A stretch of DNA of 64,000 nt from Polyangiaceae bacterium (GCA_033763455.1 JANRKO010000006.1:544001-608000); one strand, 5' to 3'; shown: positions 46,425 to 57,581, numbered from the stretch's first letter. Translations and numbers: made by a program. Notes: generated from the letters alone by a model not told the origin.

Positions 46425-48904
46425 TCAGTCCTAAGGGCGAAGGCCTCCAAGTGGCCGGCCTCAAAATCTCGCCAAGCAACATACCACAGTCCCGGCCGCT
46501 CCCCAGGGGCGACGGCCGGATGCGGCTGCGCTCCGGTGACGCGAGTCAACACTGTGGCTGGGCCAAGCCCCTCCCTGGTCAGCGCGGCCAGCTTCAGCCG
46601 AGCCTGGTCAAACCAAACTACGACCGACACTGCTCCGTTGTGGGCTACCATCGGGCGAGACCCTGTAGCTGAAATCTGACGTCGCCAAGCTGTAGATCCA
46701 CCGCTGGTAAGGTGCGCTAGAGTGGCGTTTTCGGTACCTGTGTCCCACGCTAAGAAGCAAGCCCCCGCGGAGTTGCAGTCCAGTTGAGGTTGAGAATTCC
46801 TGCCATCGGCATCGCTTACGGTGGAAAGCTCGCCCACATGCAGATCTACGGGGTCCGCACCGGGAGCGACTTCTGGGGCGCGTCCTAGGACGCCGTCGCG
46901 CCACTTCGGATCGGACACATCAATCAGGAGTTGCTGGATCTGGTAGCGCACGGGTGTGAGTTCCTGCGAAAAGGCGAGCCGAAGCTTCGAGCCCGTGGCG
47001 GCGAGGGTGGGCTTGGCGACGCCACGCGTGACGCCTGGCCGGAAGCGTGGCGCTAGGGTGATAACCCGAGTGGCTGGGCCGGTCGGTGCGAGCCCCGGGT
47101 TTACCTGGCGCACTAGCAACGAGACACTGCCGTCCGTATTCGCTTCTTCCCAGGTGAACCACAAATCCCCGGTAGGGGAGAGGGCAACGGCTGGGGAGAA
47201 GGGATAACGTTTGGCGGCGGACAGGCGCGTGGCGGGGCCAAGAGAATGGTGCGCGAAATCCCACGCTCGCACAAATAGGCCAGGCTCCACCCCGGAGTCT
47301 GAGTAGACAACAACGACGCGGTCCTTGAATTGGAGCAGAATGGGGTCGCTTGCGGCGGAAGCTTCGGGAGTGAGCACATACGGCACGGAAACGCGTCTCA
47401 ATGCGTTATCCAGGAAGGCCGCGGAAATCTGGCGCTTGTCGGCCTCGCGCGAGTTGTCAGCCCAAGCCACCAGGGCCCCCTCGGTGGTCCAGCTTATGGC
47501 CGGGCGTGACGCTGGCTTTAACACGTCGAACGGTCGAGGGCGCCCGAGGCCGGTAACCTGACAGCGATTGGCCGAATCCCGGCTCTGCTCGACAATGATT
47601 TCCGAGCGCTGCAAAAGTGAGCGAGCAACCGGCGCCTGCCCGAGATCTACGGCGGCTTGAAATTGCTTCAGGGCTTCGGCCGATTGCCCCTGACTCATGC
47701 TGAGTTGGGCGGCATTGATCTTCAGGGCGTAGCCCTCTTTTTCGAGGGGAACCGCAACTCGGGTTGCGGTGGGCACAGGCTCTGCAGGTTGGAACACGAA
47801 CAGCCACGCGATGTAGCCCCCAAGGGCTGCTGCGAGTGCGCCCAGGGCTAGCCGCATCGGCCACACGCTGCGTACACGAGGGGGCTCCGCGCCCATGGGC
47901 AGGGGATGCGGTGAAGCCACGGGTTGGGGTGACGCGAGAGGTTCTGAAAGGTGACCGAAGCTTGGAGCCGAGCGGGGCACAACGGGTGGAGCTAAATCTG
48001 TGTCGCCCAGTAGGTCCGCTTCTGTCACGTCGGGCAGAAGCGCGCGATGTAGCGTTTCTGCCAGCTCTCGGGGCGTTTGGAAGCGCTCTTCAGGGAGACG
48101 GCTCAAGGCACGGGCTAACCACGCGTCAAAACCCGGGGGCAAATCGGGGAACAGGATCGAGGGCTGCGGCACAGGCGCTGCGGCTATCTGAGCCAGAATC
48201 ATGGCCACCCCTTGGTCGACGTTCCACACTGTTTTCCCCGTCAGGCATTCGTAGACAATGCAACCAAGTGCCCAGAGATCGGCGCGATGATCCACCCCGC
48301 CATGACCCTTGGCCTGCTCGGGGCTCATATACGCTGGGGTACCAAAGAGCGCTCCCTCACGCGTTAACCTGACGTTCTCGCCGTCACCTTCGTAGAATTT
48401 GGCTAGCCCGAAGTCTACCAGCTTGGTGAGCAGGCGGCCGTCTTCGTCTTTGGTGAGGAAGATGTTTTCAGGTTTGAGATCACGATGGATCACCCCCGCT
48501 TGGTGCGCCTTCGCGAGCCCCCGAGCCGTCTGTTCGATGACAGTTAGGGTTGTCGCTACGTCCATGCGACGCACGCGGGTTAACCTCTCATACAGGCTTT
48601 CCCCCTCAAGAAGCTCCATTACAAGGAACGGGCGCTCTTGGTACATGCCCGAATCGTAGACTTCGCAGATGTGTGGGCTGCGGATGGCCGCCGCGGCTCG
48701 TGCTTCCCGCAGGAAGCGTTCGCGCACAACACGTGAGGTCACCAAATCTTGCGAGAGCAGCTTCACGGCAACGCGCTTGCCGATGTCGACATGAACCGCT
48801 TCGTAAATCACGGCCATCCCGCCGCGGCCTACCTCGCGGGTTATGCGAAATTTGCCTTCTAAGACGGTACCGACCGGAAGCTCGGACTGTGTGGTGGCCG
48901 TCAT
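46415..48904 (-). CDS. Membrane Ser/Thr protein kinase with extracytoplasmic repeat domain
   Basis: GRGGMA, VAVK, HRDLKPEN, DFG, GTPAYMSPEQ, DLWALG; one TM. Confidence 0.94.
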   Translation of the reverse strand: MTATTQSELPVGTVLEGKFRITREVGRGGMAVIYEAVHVDIGKRVAVKLLSQDLVTSRVVRERFLREARAAAAIRSPHICEVYDSGMYQERPFLVMELLEGESLYERLTRVRRMDVATTLTVIEQTARGLAKAHQAGVIHRDLKPENIFLTKDEDGRLLTKLVDFGLAKFYEGDGENVRLTREGALFGTPAYMSPEQAKGHGGVDHRADLWALGCIVYECLTGKTVWNVDQGVAMILAQIAAAPVPQPSILFPDLPPGFDAWLARALSRLPEERFQTPRELAETLHRALLPDVTEADLLGDTDLAPPVVPRSAPSFGHLSEPLASPQPVASPHPLPMGAEPPRVRSVWPMRLALGALAAALGGYIAWLFVFQPAEPVPTATRVAVPLEKEGYALKINAAQLSMSQGQSAEALKQFQAAVDLGQAPVARSLLQRSEIIVEQSRDSANRCQVTGLGRPRPFDVLKPASRPAISWTTEGALVAWADNSREADKRQISAAFLDNALRRVSVPYVLTPEASAASDPILLQFKDRVVVVYSDSGVEPGLFVRAWDFAHHSLGPATRLSAAKRYPFSPAVALSPTGDLWFTWEEANTDGSVSLLVRQVNPGLAPTGPATRVITLAPRFRPGVTRGVAKPTLAATGSKLRLAFSQELTPVRYQIQQLLIDVSDPKWRDGVLGRAPEVAPGADPVDLHVGELSTVSDADGRNSQPQLDCNSAGACFLAWDTGTENATLAHLTSGGSTAWRRQISATGSRPMVAHNGAVSVVVWFDQARLKLAALTREGLGPATVLTRVTGAQPHPAVAPGERPGLWYVAWRDFEAGHLEAFALRTECQ

Positions 48905-48920
48905 GAAAGGGGACTCGAGC

Positions 48921-49949
48921 TTAGCTCGCTAGCAAAAGTCGGTTCAATTTGTCAGGGAGAATGTCTGAGGCGCCAGCTGTAAGGCACGCAATTGGGGCGG
49001 AAGAAAGGGTGTGCCAGTAAAGCACCCTCAGCGGGCGGCCCTCGGGCCTGGCCACCTCGGGACGCGGGATCGGCCGGCGAGTTCCGTCGAGGCTTGGATG
49101 GTCCACCAAGCGGAGTGCGGCGGCGAACGCCTTAGCCGTGTAACTCAAGTCTAGGCGCAGGCCCTGTTCCAAGGCCACTTCGAACGCGCGCTCTCCGGCG
49201 ACAGTCGGCTCGGCATAGCCCGCACCAAGGAAGCGATTTTCCACGACGAGGCGTCGGTTGAGCTCGCCGAGGGGCGGCCTTTGGTCGCGCCTAAGCGCCT
49301 GGTGTGCGAGGCCCAAAAGCCACGGCCGCGTCACGGGGCCCAGCTGGGCAATCGTTACCCCGAGCACCACGCTTGATACTTGCGCGGAGGCTAGCCCGGC
49401 TAACAGCCCCGCGGTTGTTCCGCCCGAACCCAGCGCAACCACGATCACGTCGGGCTCCGGAAGCTCTCCGGCATCGATCTGGGCTTTCAGCTCGAAAGCG
49501 GCCGCAACGTAACCTCTGGTGCCTGGCACGTTGGTGGAGCCAAGAGGGATGAGGTAGTCCTTTCGACGAAGCAGCTTGGCTGTTGCAACCGGAAGCTGCC
49601 AGCCGTGCTCAACCGGATGCACCTCGATCCCCAAGGCAACGGCGGCGCGAAGCATGTTGAACGCATGGGGTGACCAAGGTTGCGGACAAAGAGCGCAAGC
49701 GGCCTCTAGGCCTAACTTCTTGGCGAAAAGGGCAGTTGCGACTGCTTGGTGGCTACCGGCAGCGCCAAGGGTGACAAGCCGACGGGCGCCCTTCGCCACA
49801 GCACGCTCCAGAATCGGCTCCAGCTTCCTCACTTTGTTGCCGCCGAATTCCGGATGGGTGGCGCCGTCGTCTTTCACGAAGAGCTCGCCTGATGAGGTCC
49901 ACAGTGCCTCCAGAGCCCGAACCCCAGTTGGGTAGACACCAAGCTTCAA
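48921..49949 (-). CDS. PLP-dependent D-cysteine desulfhydrase / ACC deaminase family protein
   Basis: LFVKDD, GGNKVRKLE, GSGGT, GAGY, YTAKA. Confidence 0.88.
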   Translation of the reverse strand: MKLGVYPTGVRALEALWTSSGELFVKDDGATHPEFGGNKVRKLEPILERAVAKGARRLVTLGAAGSHQAVATALFAKKLGLEAACALCPQPWSPHAFNMLRAAVALGIEVHPVEHGWQLPVATAKLLRRKDYLIPLGSTNVPGTRGYVAAAFELKAQIDAGELPEPDVIVVALGSGGTTAGLLAGLASAQVSSVVLGVTIAQLGPVTRPWLLGLAHQALRRDQRPPLGELNRRLVVENRFLGAGYAEPTVAGERAFEVALEQGLRLDLSYTAKAFAAALRLVDHPSLDGTRRPIPRPEVARPEGRPLRVLYWHTLSSAPIACLTAGASDILPDKLNRLLLAS

Positions 49950-50024
49950 ACCGCCACCTTAGCAATAAGCAAGTTATTTCGCGACCTAATCAGGCCGCTT
50001 CCCCTTCCGCTGGAAACGAAGTGA

Positions 50025-50510
<486 letters not shown>

Positions 50511-50549
50511 TATTTACCCGCTAACCGAGCGCGGGAGAACGGCCTAGGC

Positions 50550-51962
50550 ATGGATCCCAAGCAGGTTATAGCGCTGGGCGCAGAACATGGCGCCATAATG
50601 GTGGATCTCAAGTTTGTAGATCTACCGGGCAAGTGGCAACACACCAGCGTCCCGTTCGAGCAACTGAGCATTGAGCGGTTTGAGGAGGGATTCGGGTTTG
50701 ATGGTTCCTCGATTCGAGGATTCCAGCCCATCAATCAGAGCGACATGTTGCTCATCCCGGATCCCGCCACCGCCGTGATGGACCCTTTTACTCGGCATCC
50801 GACGCTCAGCCTCGTGTGCACGGTAGAAGATACGCTCACACGCCAGAGTTATTCTCGGGATCCGCGGCACATCGCCCGCAAGGCCGAGGCCTATTTGCGC
50901 TCAACTGGCATCGCGGACACAGCCTATTTCGGGCCTGAAGCTGAGTTTTTCGTGTTCGATGATGTCCGCTACGAAGTGGGGCCCAACGCGTCTTTCTACC
51001 AGGTGGAGTCCAGCGAAGCCGAGTGGAACACTGGTCGGGCGGAGGCTCCGAACCTGGGGCACAAGATTCGGTACAAGGAGGGCTATTTCCCCTGCCCGCC
51101 GAATGATAGCCTGATGGATCTTCGCACAGAGATGTGCCTGGAGATGAAGAAGGTAGGCATCGAGGTGGAGGTGAGCCACCACGAAGTTGCCACGGCAGGC
51201 CAAGGCGAAATCGACATGCGCTTCGACAGCCTACTCCGCATGGCTGATAAGCTGATGTGGTTCAAACACATTGTGAAGAATGTGGCTCACCGAAATCAGA
51301 AGACGGCCACCTTTATGCCTAAGCCACTCGCCGGTGATAACGGCAACGGGATGCACTGCCATCAGTCCCTGTGGAAAGAGGGCAAGCCACTCTTTGCAGG
51401 GGACGGCTATGCGGGCTTGAGCGAGATGGCGCTGTGGTACATGGGAGGCATTTTGAAGCATGCCCATGCCCTTGCCGCGCTCACCAACCCCACCACCAAC
51501 AGCTACAAGCGCATCGTGCCAGGGTTCGAGGCACCGGTGAATTTGGCGTATTCCAGCCGCAACCGCTCTGCGGCGATAAGGATTTCCACGTATTCGGTTT
51601 CGCCCAAGGCACGGCGCTTGGAGCTTCGCTTCCCGGACGCAACGTGCAACCCGTACCTAGCTTTCCCTGCGATGTTGTTGGCGGGCTTGGATGGCATCAA
51701 GAATCGAATTGACCCTGGGGATCCGCTCGACAAAGACATCTACGCGCTCTCTCCCGAAGAGCTGAAAAGCGTGGCTCGGCTGCCGGCGTCTCTTGAGGAG
51801 GCTCTGGACGCACTGGAGCGGGATCACGAGTTCTTGCTTCAGGGTGATGTATTTACTCGCGATGCGATAGATATGTGGATTGAGCAGAAGCGCGAACGAG
51901 ATGTGGCCGCTTCGCGCAGCTATCCGACGCCGCTCGAATATCGGATGTATTTTGACGCTTGA
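50550..51962 (+). CDS. glnA: Glutamine synthetase type I
   Basis: [39 protein letters not shown], adenylylation-site DIY. Confidence 0.97.
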   Translation: MDPKQVIALGAEHGAIMVDLKFVDLPGKWQHTSVPFEQLSIERFEEGFGFDGSSIRGFQPINQSDMLLIPDPATAVMDPFTRHPTLSLVCTVEDTLTRQSYSRDPRHIARKAEAYLRSTGIADTAYFGPEAEFFVFDDVRYEVGPNASFYQVESSEAEWNTGRAEAPNLGHKIRYKEGYFPCPPNDSLMDLRTEMCLEMKKVGIEVEVSHHEVATAGQGEIDMRFDSLLRMADKLMWFKHIVKNVAHRNQKTATFMPKPLAGDNGNGMHCHQSLWKEGKPLFAGDGYAGLSEMALWYMGGILKHAHALAALTNPTTNSYKRIVPGFEAPVNLAYSSRNRSAAIRISTYSVSPKARRLELRFPDATCNPYLAFPAMLLAGLDGIKNRIDPGDPLDKDIYALSPEELKSVARLPASLEEALDALERDHEFLLQGDVFTRDAIDMWIEQKRERDVAASRSYPTPLEYRMYFDA

Positions 51963-52870
51963 GACTGAACCGAGTGGCAAATAGCTGCCATAGGTATGGA
52001 GTCATCTTTCTGCTGGCTTTCCAGCTCAACGCTTGTTCTGCCAAGCGGAAGGCTCCGAGCGAAAGTGCTTTACCCAAAGTCCAGAGTTGCGGCAACATTG
52101 CCTGCTATCGATTCGCATCTCCTGAGGCCGCTTTTGAGTTCGTTCTGGCCCAAAAACCGCGCGTGCTCGCCCTGGGGGAGACCCACGCGCTGAAAGGAAT
52201 GGCCACCGTGCCATCGGCAACAAGGAGATTCACCGAGCAACTTTTGCCGAAGCTGAAGTCCAACGCGAGCGATCTGGTGCTGGAGCTCACCGTGGCCAGC
52301 GGCCGCTGCGGTCAGAGCGAGGTGGCGGTGGCAGAAAAGCAAAAACCTGTAATCGAAGCCCAAGCACCGACGGACCAGAACGAGTTCGTTCGCCTCGGCC
52401 AAGCCGTAAAGGCCTTAGGCCTAAGGTTGCACGTGCTCCGGCCGTCATGTGAGCAGTATCGGGGCATCGCCAGGGCCGGGGAGGACGCAATGTTGCAGAT
52501 GCTAGAGCTCATCCGGAATCTCACCGCCGCGCGCGTTACCGAGCTTCTGGCGGTGGCCAAGGGAACCCCACCCAGTCCGCCCCTCGTAGTGACTTACGGC
52601 GGCGCCATGCACAACGACCTCTTCCCGCGAGAGGGAAGAGAGTCCTTCAGCTTTGGCCCTGAGCTCGCAGACAAAACGAAGGGTCGTTACGTTGAGCTCG
52701 ACCTAATCGTGCGTGAATTCATCTCCAACTCCCCGGCCTGGCAGGCGCTCCCTTGGTATTCCAAGTTTGATCGCACCCTATGGGCCGACCAGACGCTGCT
52801 GCTTGCGGCAGCACCGAACTCCTGGGTTCTCGTTTTCGCTCGGAGCAAAGCACCAGCCGCGGCCAACTAG
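51959..52870 (+). CDS. Hypothetical lipoprotein, possibly ChaN/EreA-like fold
   Basis: LNAC lipobox, VLALGETH and GGAMHN motifs; TTG start overlaps glnA stop. Confidence 0.55.
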   Translation: MRLNRVANSCHRYGVIFLLAFQLNACSAKRKAPSESALPKVQSCGNIACYRFASPEAAFEFVLAQKPRVLALGETHALKGMATVPSATRRFTEQLLPKLKSNASDLVLELTVASGRCGQSEVAVAEKQKPVIEAQAPTDQNEFVRLGQAVKALGLRLHVLRPSCEQYRGIARAGEDAMLQMLELIRNLTAARVTELLAVAKGTPPSPPLVVTYGGAMHNDLFPREGRESFSFGPELADKTKGRYVELDLIVREFISNSPAWQALPWYSKFDRTLWADQTLLLAAAPNSWVLVFARSKAPAAAN

Positions 52871-52919
52871 GGAATGTCGGGTTGCTCCACGCCCGGGCCT
52901 TGGGATATCCCGGGGGCTC

Positions 52920-54020
52920 GTGACCTCCGCTCTTCAATCCACCGAAGCCAACTCCGCCGAGACACCCGGACCTTCGAGCAAGGGTGCACGCTGGTTGCGG
53001 GCTATCGCGGTTTCAGCAGCTATTGGTTTTGGGTTTTGGTGGTTATTGCGTAAAGGTGCGTTACCGATTGTCCCGCCTAGGTCAGCGTTTGAACGGGTAA
53101 GCTGGCCGTCAGTTTGGCTTTACGTGGGAATGTGGACGGTGGTCCATACGCTGCGCTGCTCGCGTTGGTATTTCTTGTTGAAGCCCATCGGCAAGGTATC
53201 GTTCTTGCGTCCGTTGCTCATGGCTCTAGCGGGCTACGGCGCACAGTGCATCTTGCCTTTTCGCACCGGGGAAGCTGTGCGACCCATGATGATTGCTCGT
53301 CGGGGAAGCGTGAGCTGGCTGGCGGCAGCTGGAACGGTGGGTGCTGAGCGTGTGGTGGACGGCGCTTTCTTGAGCGTGGGGATGGGCCTGGCGCTCTTGA
53401 ATGTGCAAACCGTGAATCCGTTACCAACGCATCTAGGAAAGTTGCCGGTGCCTTCGTCGATGGTGCGAGCCGCGTCGGTCACAGCAGTGGTGCTGTTCTT
53501 GAGCCTCTGCGTTGCGATGTGGGTGTTCTATGCTCGGCGAGCGTGGGCGGTTCGCCTTGTGGAGCAAACACTGGGGCGCGTATCGCCGCGCGCGTCCGCT
53601 TTCATGATTCAACTCCTCACCCGGCTTTCCGAGGGGTTGTCGTTCCTGTCTGTGCCGAGAAGCTCGGTAGTCTTTATCACGCTGACAGCCGCCTATTGGT
53701 TTACGGCTATCTGGAGCATGGAATTCTTGTTTCACGCCGTGGGGGTGGAGCAAGCCACGTTCGTCCAGACCACCGTCGTGCTCGGCGTGCTCGGTCTGGG
53801 TCTGGCGATGCCCAATGCTCCAGGCTTTTTCGGCTCCTTCCAGATAGCTGCCTACGCCGCCCTGGTGATGTTTTTCCCAGCCGAAGTGGTGTTACGTGAG
53901 GGTGCCGCGTACGTCTTTTTGCTATACGTGATCCAGATGTCCGTCACTTTGGTGCTCGGGTTGATCGCGTTTCTGGCGGAGGAATTTCTGGGCTCGCGGG
54001 ATGTGGCGGAGCTTTCGTAA
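52920..54020 (+). CDS. Flippase-like protein (lysylphosphatidylglycerol synthase TM / UPF0104 family)
   Basis: LR..RW..LL, LPFRTGE.VR, ERVVD, PNAPGFFG; about 8 TM. Confidence 0.85.
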   Translation: MTSALQSTEANSAETPGPSSKGARWLRAIAVSAAIGFGFWWLLRKGALPIVPPRSAFERVSWPSVWLYVGMWTVVHTLRCSRWYFLLKPIGKVSFLRPLLMALAGYGAQCILPFRTGEAVRPMMIARRGSVSWLAAAGTVGAERVVDGAFLSVGMGLALLNVQTVNPLPTHLGKLPVPSSMVRAASVTAVVLFLSLCVAMWVFYARRAWAVRLVEQTLGRVSPRASAFMIQLLTRLSEGLSFLSVPRSSVVFITLTAAYWFTAIWSMEFLFHAVGVEQATFVQTTVVLGVLGLGLAMPNAPGFFGSFQIAAYAALVMFFPAEVVLREGAAYVFLLYVIQMSVTLVLGLIAFLAEEFLGSRDVAELS

Positions 54021-55700
54021 CCGCCGGATTGCCCAGGGTGTCAGGAGTGTCAGCGCTGCGAGCCAGTAACCAACGTTGGCACCACGAGGGTCTGCGTAAG
54101 TAGCCGTTAACTTAACAGGGCGTCCATCGGGTCGCGGAGCAACGAGGAGGCGGATCAAACCATCCGGCTGGAGGCGTTCCCGCAAGGTTTCATCACTCAC
54201 TTTCTCCCCATCCACCTCAATGAGCCAACCCGGCAGGAAGAACTGACGGATGGTGATTTCTGACGGTTTGGCGGCGCTGATTGCGTAGCGTAGCCAGTGA
54301 GCATCATTGCCGGGGAGCGCTTGTACGCTGACACCGGGCGGAGCGGCGAGACGTTCCCCCGCTAGGCCAATGGGGAGCTTCGGAAGGTCGGTAACCGTGC
54401 GGGGGCGCTTTTCTCCTAGGACGTCGAGCGTTTCTCGCCGCGTGAGCGATGTCGAGAAGACGTAGCGCAGGCTCACCTCCGCATCGGCCAGCCTTGCCTC
54501 GACTTTGAATTGCCCTGGGACCCACCCAGCCACAAGAATCACCGGAAGGCAGATGCTTCCCGCAAAGCTCCGGAGATCACTCCGGACCTCCCCAAGGCCA
54601 CGCATTAGACCAATCTGCAATGCCACGCAAAGGGACAAGAACCGCCACGGGAATTGAAATGTTGAAAGCGGCGGGATGCGCCATGCTGCCGCTAGCCACG
54701 GTGTCATGAGTACCAAGGCGGCGATCAGAATGCCCCCCAAGATGCGAGTTTGGCGGTACCGCCAAGCAACGGCTGCACCGGCTAGCGCTAGCGCCAGCGA
54801 GATGGGGCCAAGCGAGAAGTTATTCTTTGCTGCGGAGGGAGACCATTGGTGCCCCAATAACAGCCAAGGAGGTACCGTGTTGGGGACAGGATCCCAGTTG
54901 AAGGCTCCGTCGATGTGCGTGGTGTGCGCCATGAGGATCACGGGCAGCCAATAGGGTGTCGAAACACAAACTGCGCGAACGCCTTCTACCGTAAGAACAC
55001 GCAAGATGCGTCGGTCCCTAGCTCGAGGCAAAAGCGAGAGACTGCCGAGGGCTAGAAACATACCCAAGCTAACTCCCACTACGGGATGTGCCAGGAGAGA
55101 AAGAGCTAACGAGTAACCTAGGCGGTGTGAGCCTCCTTTCGCGTTTTCAGTCAGGGCTTCGATGTAGAAGGCGAGCACCCAGGGGCATAGCGCTGTTGCG
55201 AGCAGTTCGCTCAAATCCCCACGTGCGAGCCAATTGACGTATACGTATGGAGCAAAGAGAAATAACGTGGCCCCGCAGATCCCAAGCCGAGGCTCACGCC
55301 CTCCATGGCAAAGCCTGAAGCTGCCGCACGCGCCGAGTGCAAGCGTGGCAGCGATGGCTCCCCAGGTTGCAGCAACTGGTCCGCCAAAAATTGCACGAAA
55401 GGGAATGGCCAAGAAGAAGAACAGCGGTTGATAGAACACGAACTCGGCGTAGCCGTAGCCCCCGTCGAGGTTCGGCAGCCAACGAGGCCACCATTTGCCC
55501 GAGAGAAATGCTTGATAAAAGTGCTCCACCAACAGCGGGTAGCGATTCATCTCTGTCGTCTGGGGCCAGCCGCCATCTGCGGCGTAGGGCGCCACAACCG
55601 AAAGGGCCGCCACGCAACAGAAAACGTAGAGCGTGGCCTCTCGGCAGCTTGCCGCATCACGATTCTTGCCGAGCCAACTCACACAACCCACCCGGTTCAC
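53922..55700 (-). CDS. GT-C-like multi-TM protein (PTPS-related domain family), paralog 1
   Basis: WPRWLPNLDGGYGY..F.FYQPL, RGDLSE, FQFPWR, FFLPGW; start set by alignment to paralog 2 (ORF open from 55766). Confidence 0.75.
   Translation of the reverse strand: MNRVGCVSWLGKNRDAASCREATLYVFCCVAALSVVAPYAADGGWPQTTEMNRYPLLVEHFYQAFLSGKWWPRWLPNLDGGYGYAEFVFYQPLFFFLAIPFRAIFGGPVAATWGAIAATLALGACGSFRLCHGGREPRLGICGATLFLFAPYVYVNWLARGDLSELLATALCPWVLAFYIEALTENAKGGSHRLGYSLALSLLAHPVVGVSLGMFLALGSLSLLPRARDRRILRVLTVEGVRAVCVSTPYWLPVILMAHTTHIDGAFNWDPVPNTVPPWLLLGHQWSPSAAKNNFSLGPISLALALAGAAVAWRYRQTRILGGILIAALVLMTPWLAAAWRIPPLSTFQFPWRFLSLCVALQIGLMRGLGEVRSDLRSFAGSICLPVILVAGWVPGQFKVEARLADAEVSLRYVFSTSLTRRETLDVLGEKRPRTVTDLPKLPIGLAGERLAAPPGVSVQALPGNDAHWLRYAISAAKPSEITIRQFFLPGWLIEVDGEKVSDETLRERLQPDGLIRLLVAPRPDGRPVKLTATYADPRGANVGYWLAALTLLTPWAIRRLRKLRHIPRAQKFLRQKRDQPEHQSDGHLDHV
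54012..54345. repeat. 334-bp near-identical direct repeat, copy 1 (copy 2 at 55897-56230)
   Basis: 6 mismatches counted by eye; offset 1885 bp. Confidence 0.9.
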
Positions 55701-55869
55701 CGTCTGCTGCTTAGCGCAAGCCTCGTTGCATGTCCGCGGGATACACCAGAACCGGCGCGTCCGCAAAGCCCTCGCGGTATTTCTTGCTCAAGGCAATCGG
55801 CCTGGCTTACTCGGCTCCGCTTGCCTGGTACCGCTGAGTGACATTGTTCGTCGATCCGCCGCGGAGGGT

Positions 55870-57570
55870 TCAGCGGGCCCCCGGGATGTAGCCGATCTTT
55901 CGTAACCGCCGGATTGCCCAGGGTGTCAGGAGTGTCAGCGCTGCGAGCCAGTAACCAACGTTGGCACCACGAGGGTCTGCGTAAGTGGCAGTTAACTTAA
56001 CAGGGCGTCCATCGGGTCGCGGAGCAACGAGGAGGCGGATCAAACCATCCGGCTGGAGGCGTTCCCGCAAGGTTTCATCACTCACTTTCTCCCCATCCAC
56101 CTCAATGAGCCAGCCCGGAAGGAAGAACTGACGGATGGTGACTTCTGACGGTTTGGCGGCGCTGATTGCGTAGCGTAGCCAGTGAGCATCATTGCCGGGG
56201 AGCGCTTGTAAGCTGACACCGGGCGGAGCGATAAGGCGCTCCCCCCTTAGCCCAATGGGAAACCTCGGAATGTCGGTGACGGTGCGGGGGCGCTTTTCGC
56301 CGAGGCAGTCCAGGGTGCCTCCGTGATCGGTGGACGCTGCGAACGTTTGGAGCAATCTCACTTGGGCGTCGGGAAGTGTCGAATGTACTCTGAACTGACC
56401 GGGAGCCCACGCAGCCACTAAGGTCACGAGCAGGCCGATGCTGCCGGCCCAGATCCGCGGGCTGCTTGGAGCCTCGCCAAGCCCGCGTACGAGACCAATT
56501 TGGAGTCCCACACAGAGGGACAAGAGCCGCCACGGAAATTGAAACATGGAAAGCGGTGGGAATTTCCACATCCAGGCTAACCATGGTGTCATAAGCACAA
56601 CGGCGGCAAACAGAAGTCCTCCTAAGATCCGAGTCTGACGGCAGCGAAAGGCAACAAGGGAACCGGCGAACGCTAAAGCAAGTGATACTCTTCCAAGGGA
56701 GTAGTTGTTTTGACCGGGAACCCACTCGTGGCCTAATAACAGCCAGGGTTGCACGGTGTTGAATTGAGGTTCCCAGGTGAACGCTTGGTCGATATGGGTG
56801 GTGTGCGCCATGAGTATCACAGGCAACCAATACGGCGTCGATATGCAAACTGCGCGTACTCCTTCGAGTAAGAGAACTCGAAGAATGCTGCGACCACTCC
56901 TGCCGCCGAGGAGCGATAGGCTGCCAAGGCTGAGGAGCAGGCCCAGGCTAAGACCCACTATGGGGTGTGCGAGGAAGCAGAGGGCCAAAGAGTAGCCTAG
57001 CCGGTGTGAACCTGACTTGGCGTTTGCGCTCAGTGCCTCGACGTAGAACGCAATAACCCAGGGGCACAGTGCCGTTGCCAGCAGCTCGCTCAGATCTCCC
57101 CGGACGAGCCAATTCACCCAAACGTACGGAGCCAGTAGGAACAAAGCGGCGCCGCAAATCCCCAGCCGAGGCTCGCGAGCTCCATGGCAAAGCCTAAAGC
57201 TTCCGCAGGCACCGACGGCAAGCGTGGCCCCAATGGCGGCCCAGGTAGCGGCCACTGGCCCGCCAAGCATCAAGCGAAATGGGAGCGCTAAGAAAAAGAA
57301 CAGCGGTTGGTAAAATACGAATTCTGGGTAGCCATAGCCGCCATCGAGATCCGGCAACCAACGGGGCCACCACTTACCCGCGAGAAACGCCTGGTAGAAG
57401 TGCTCCACCAACAGCGGGTACCGATTGAGCTCCGCGGTTCGCGGCCAATCGCCGTTCGATGCATAGGGAGCAACGATGCCAACGACGGCCACACAACAAA
57501 TCAGTAATAGCGTTGCTCGGCGATACTCTTTCGCGTCGCGGCCTATATGGATCGAACCCCCTTGATGCAC
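55870..57570 (-). CDS. GT-C-like multi-TM protein (PTPS-related domain family), paralog 2
   Basis: Same motifs as paralog 1 (WPRWLPDLDGGYGYPEF.FYQPL, RGDLSE, FQFPWR). Confidence 0.78.
   Translation of the reverse strand: MHQGGSIHIGRDAKEYRRATLLLICCVAVVGIVAPYASNGDWPRTAELNRYPLLVEHFYQAFLAGKWWPRWLPDLDGGYGYPEFVFYQPLFFFLALPFRLMLGGPVAATWAAIGATLAVGACGSFRLCHGAREPRLGICGAALFLLAPYVWVNWLVRGDLSELLATALCPWVIAFYVEALSANAKSGSHRLGYSLALCFLAHPIVGLSLGLLLSLGSLSLLGGRSGRSILRVLLLEGVRAVCISTPYWLPVILMAHTTHIDQAFTWEPQFNTVQPWLLLGHEWVPGQNNYSLGRVSLALAFAGSLVAFRCRQTRILGGLLFAAVVLMTPWLAWMWKFPPLSMFQFPWRLLSLCVGLQIGLVRGLGEAPSSPRIWAGSIGLLVTLVAAWAPGQFRVHSTLPDAQVRLLQTFAASTDHGGTLDCLGEKRPRTVTDIPRFPIGLRGERLIAPPGVSLQALPGNDAHWLRYAISAAKPSEVTIRQFFLPGWLIEVDGEKVSDETLRERLQPDGLIRLLVAPRPDGRPVKLTATYADPRGANVGYWLAALTLLTPWAIRRLRKIGYIPGAR
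55897..56230. repeat. 334-bp near-identical direct repeat, copy 2
   Basis: Matches 54012-54345. Confidence 0.9.
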
Positions 57571-57581
57571 AGTGCGTCCTG

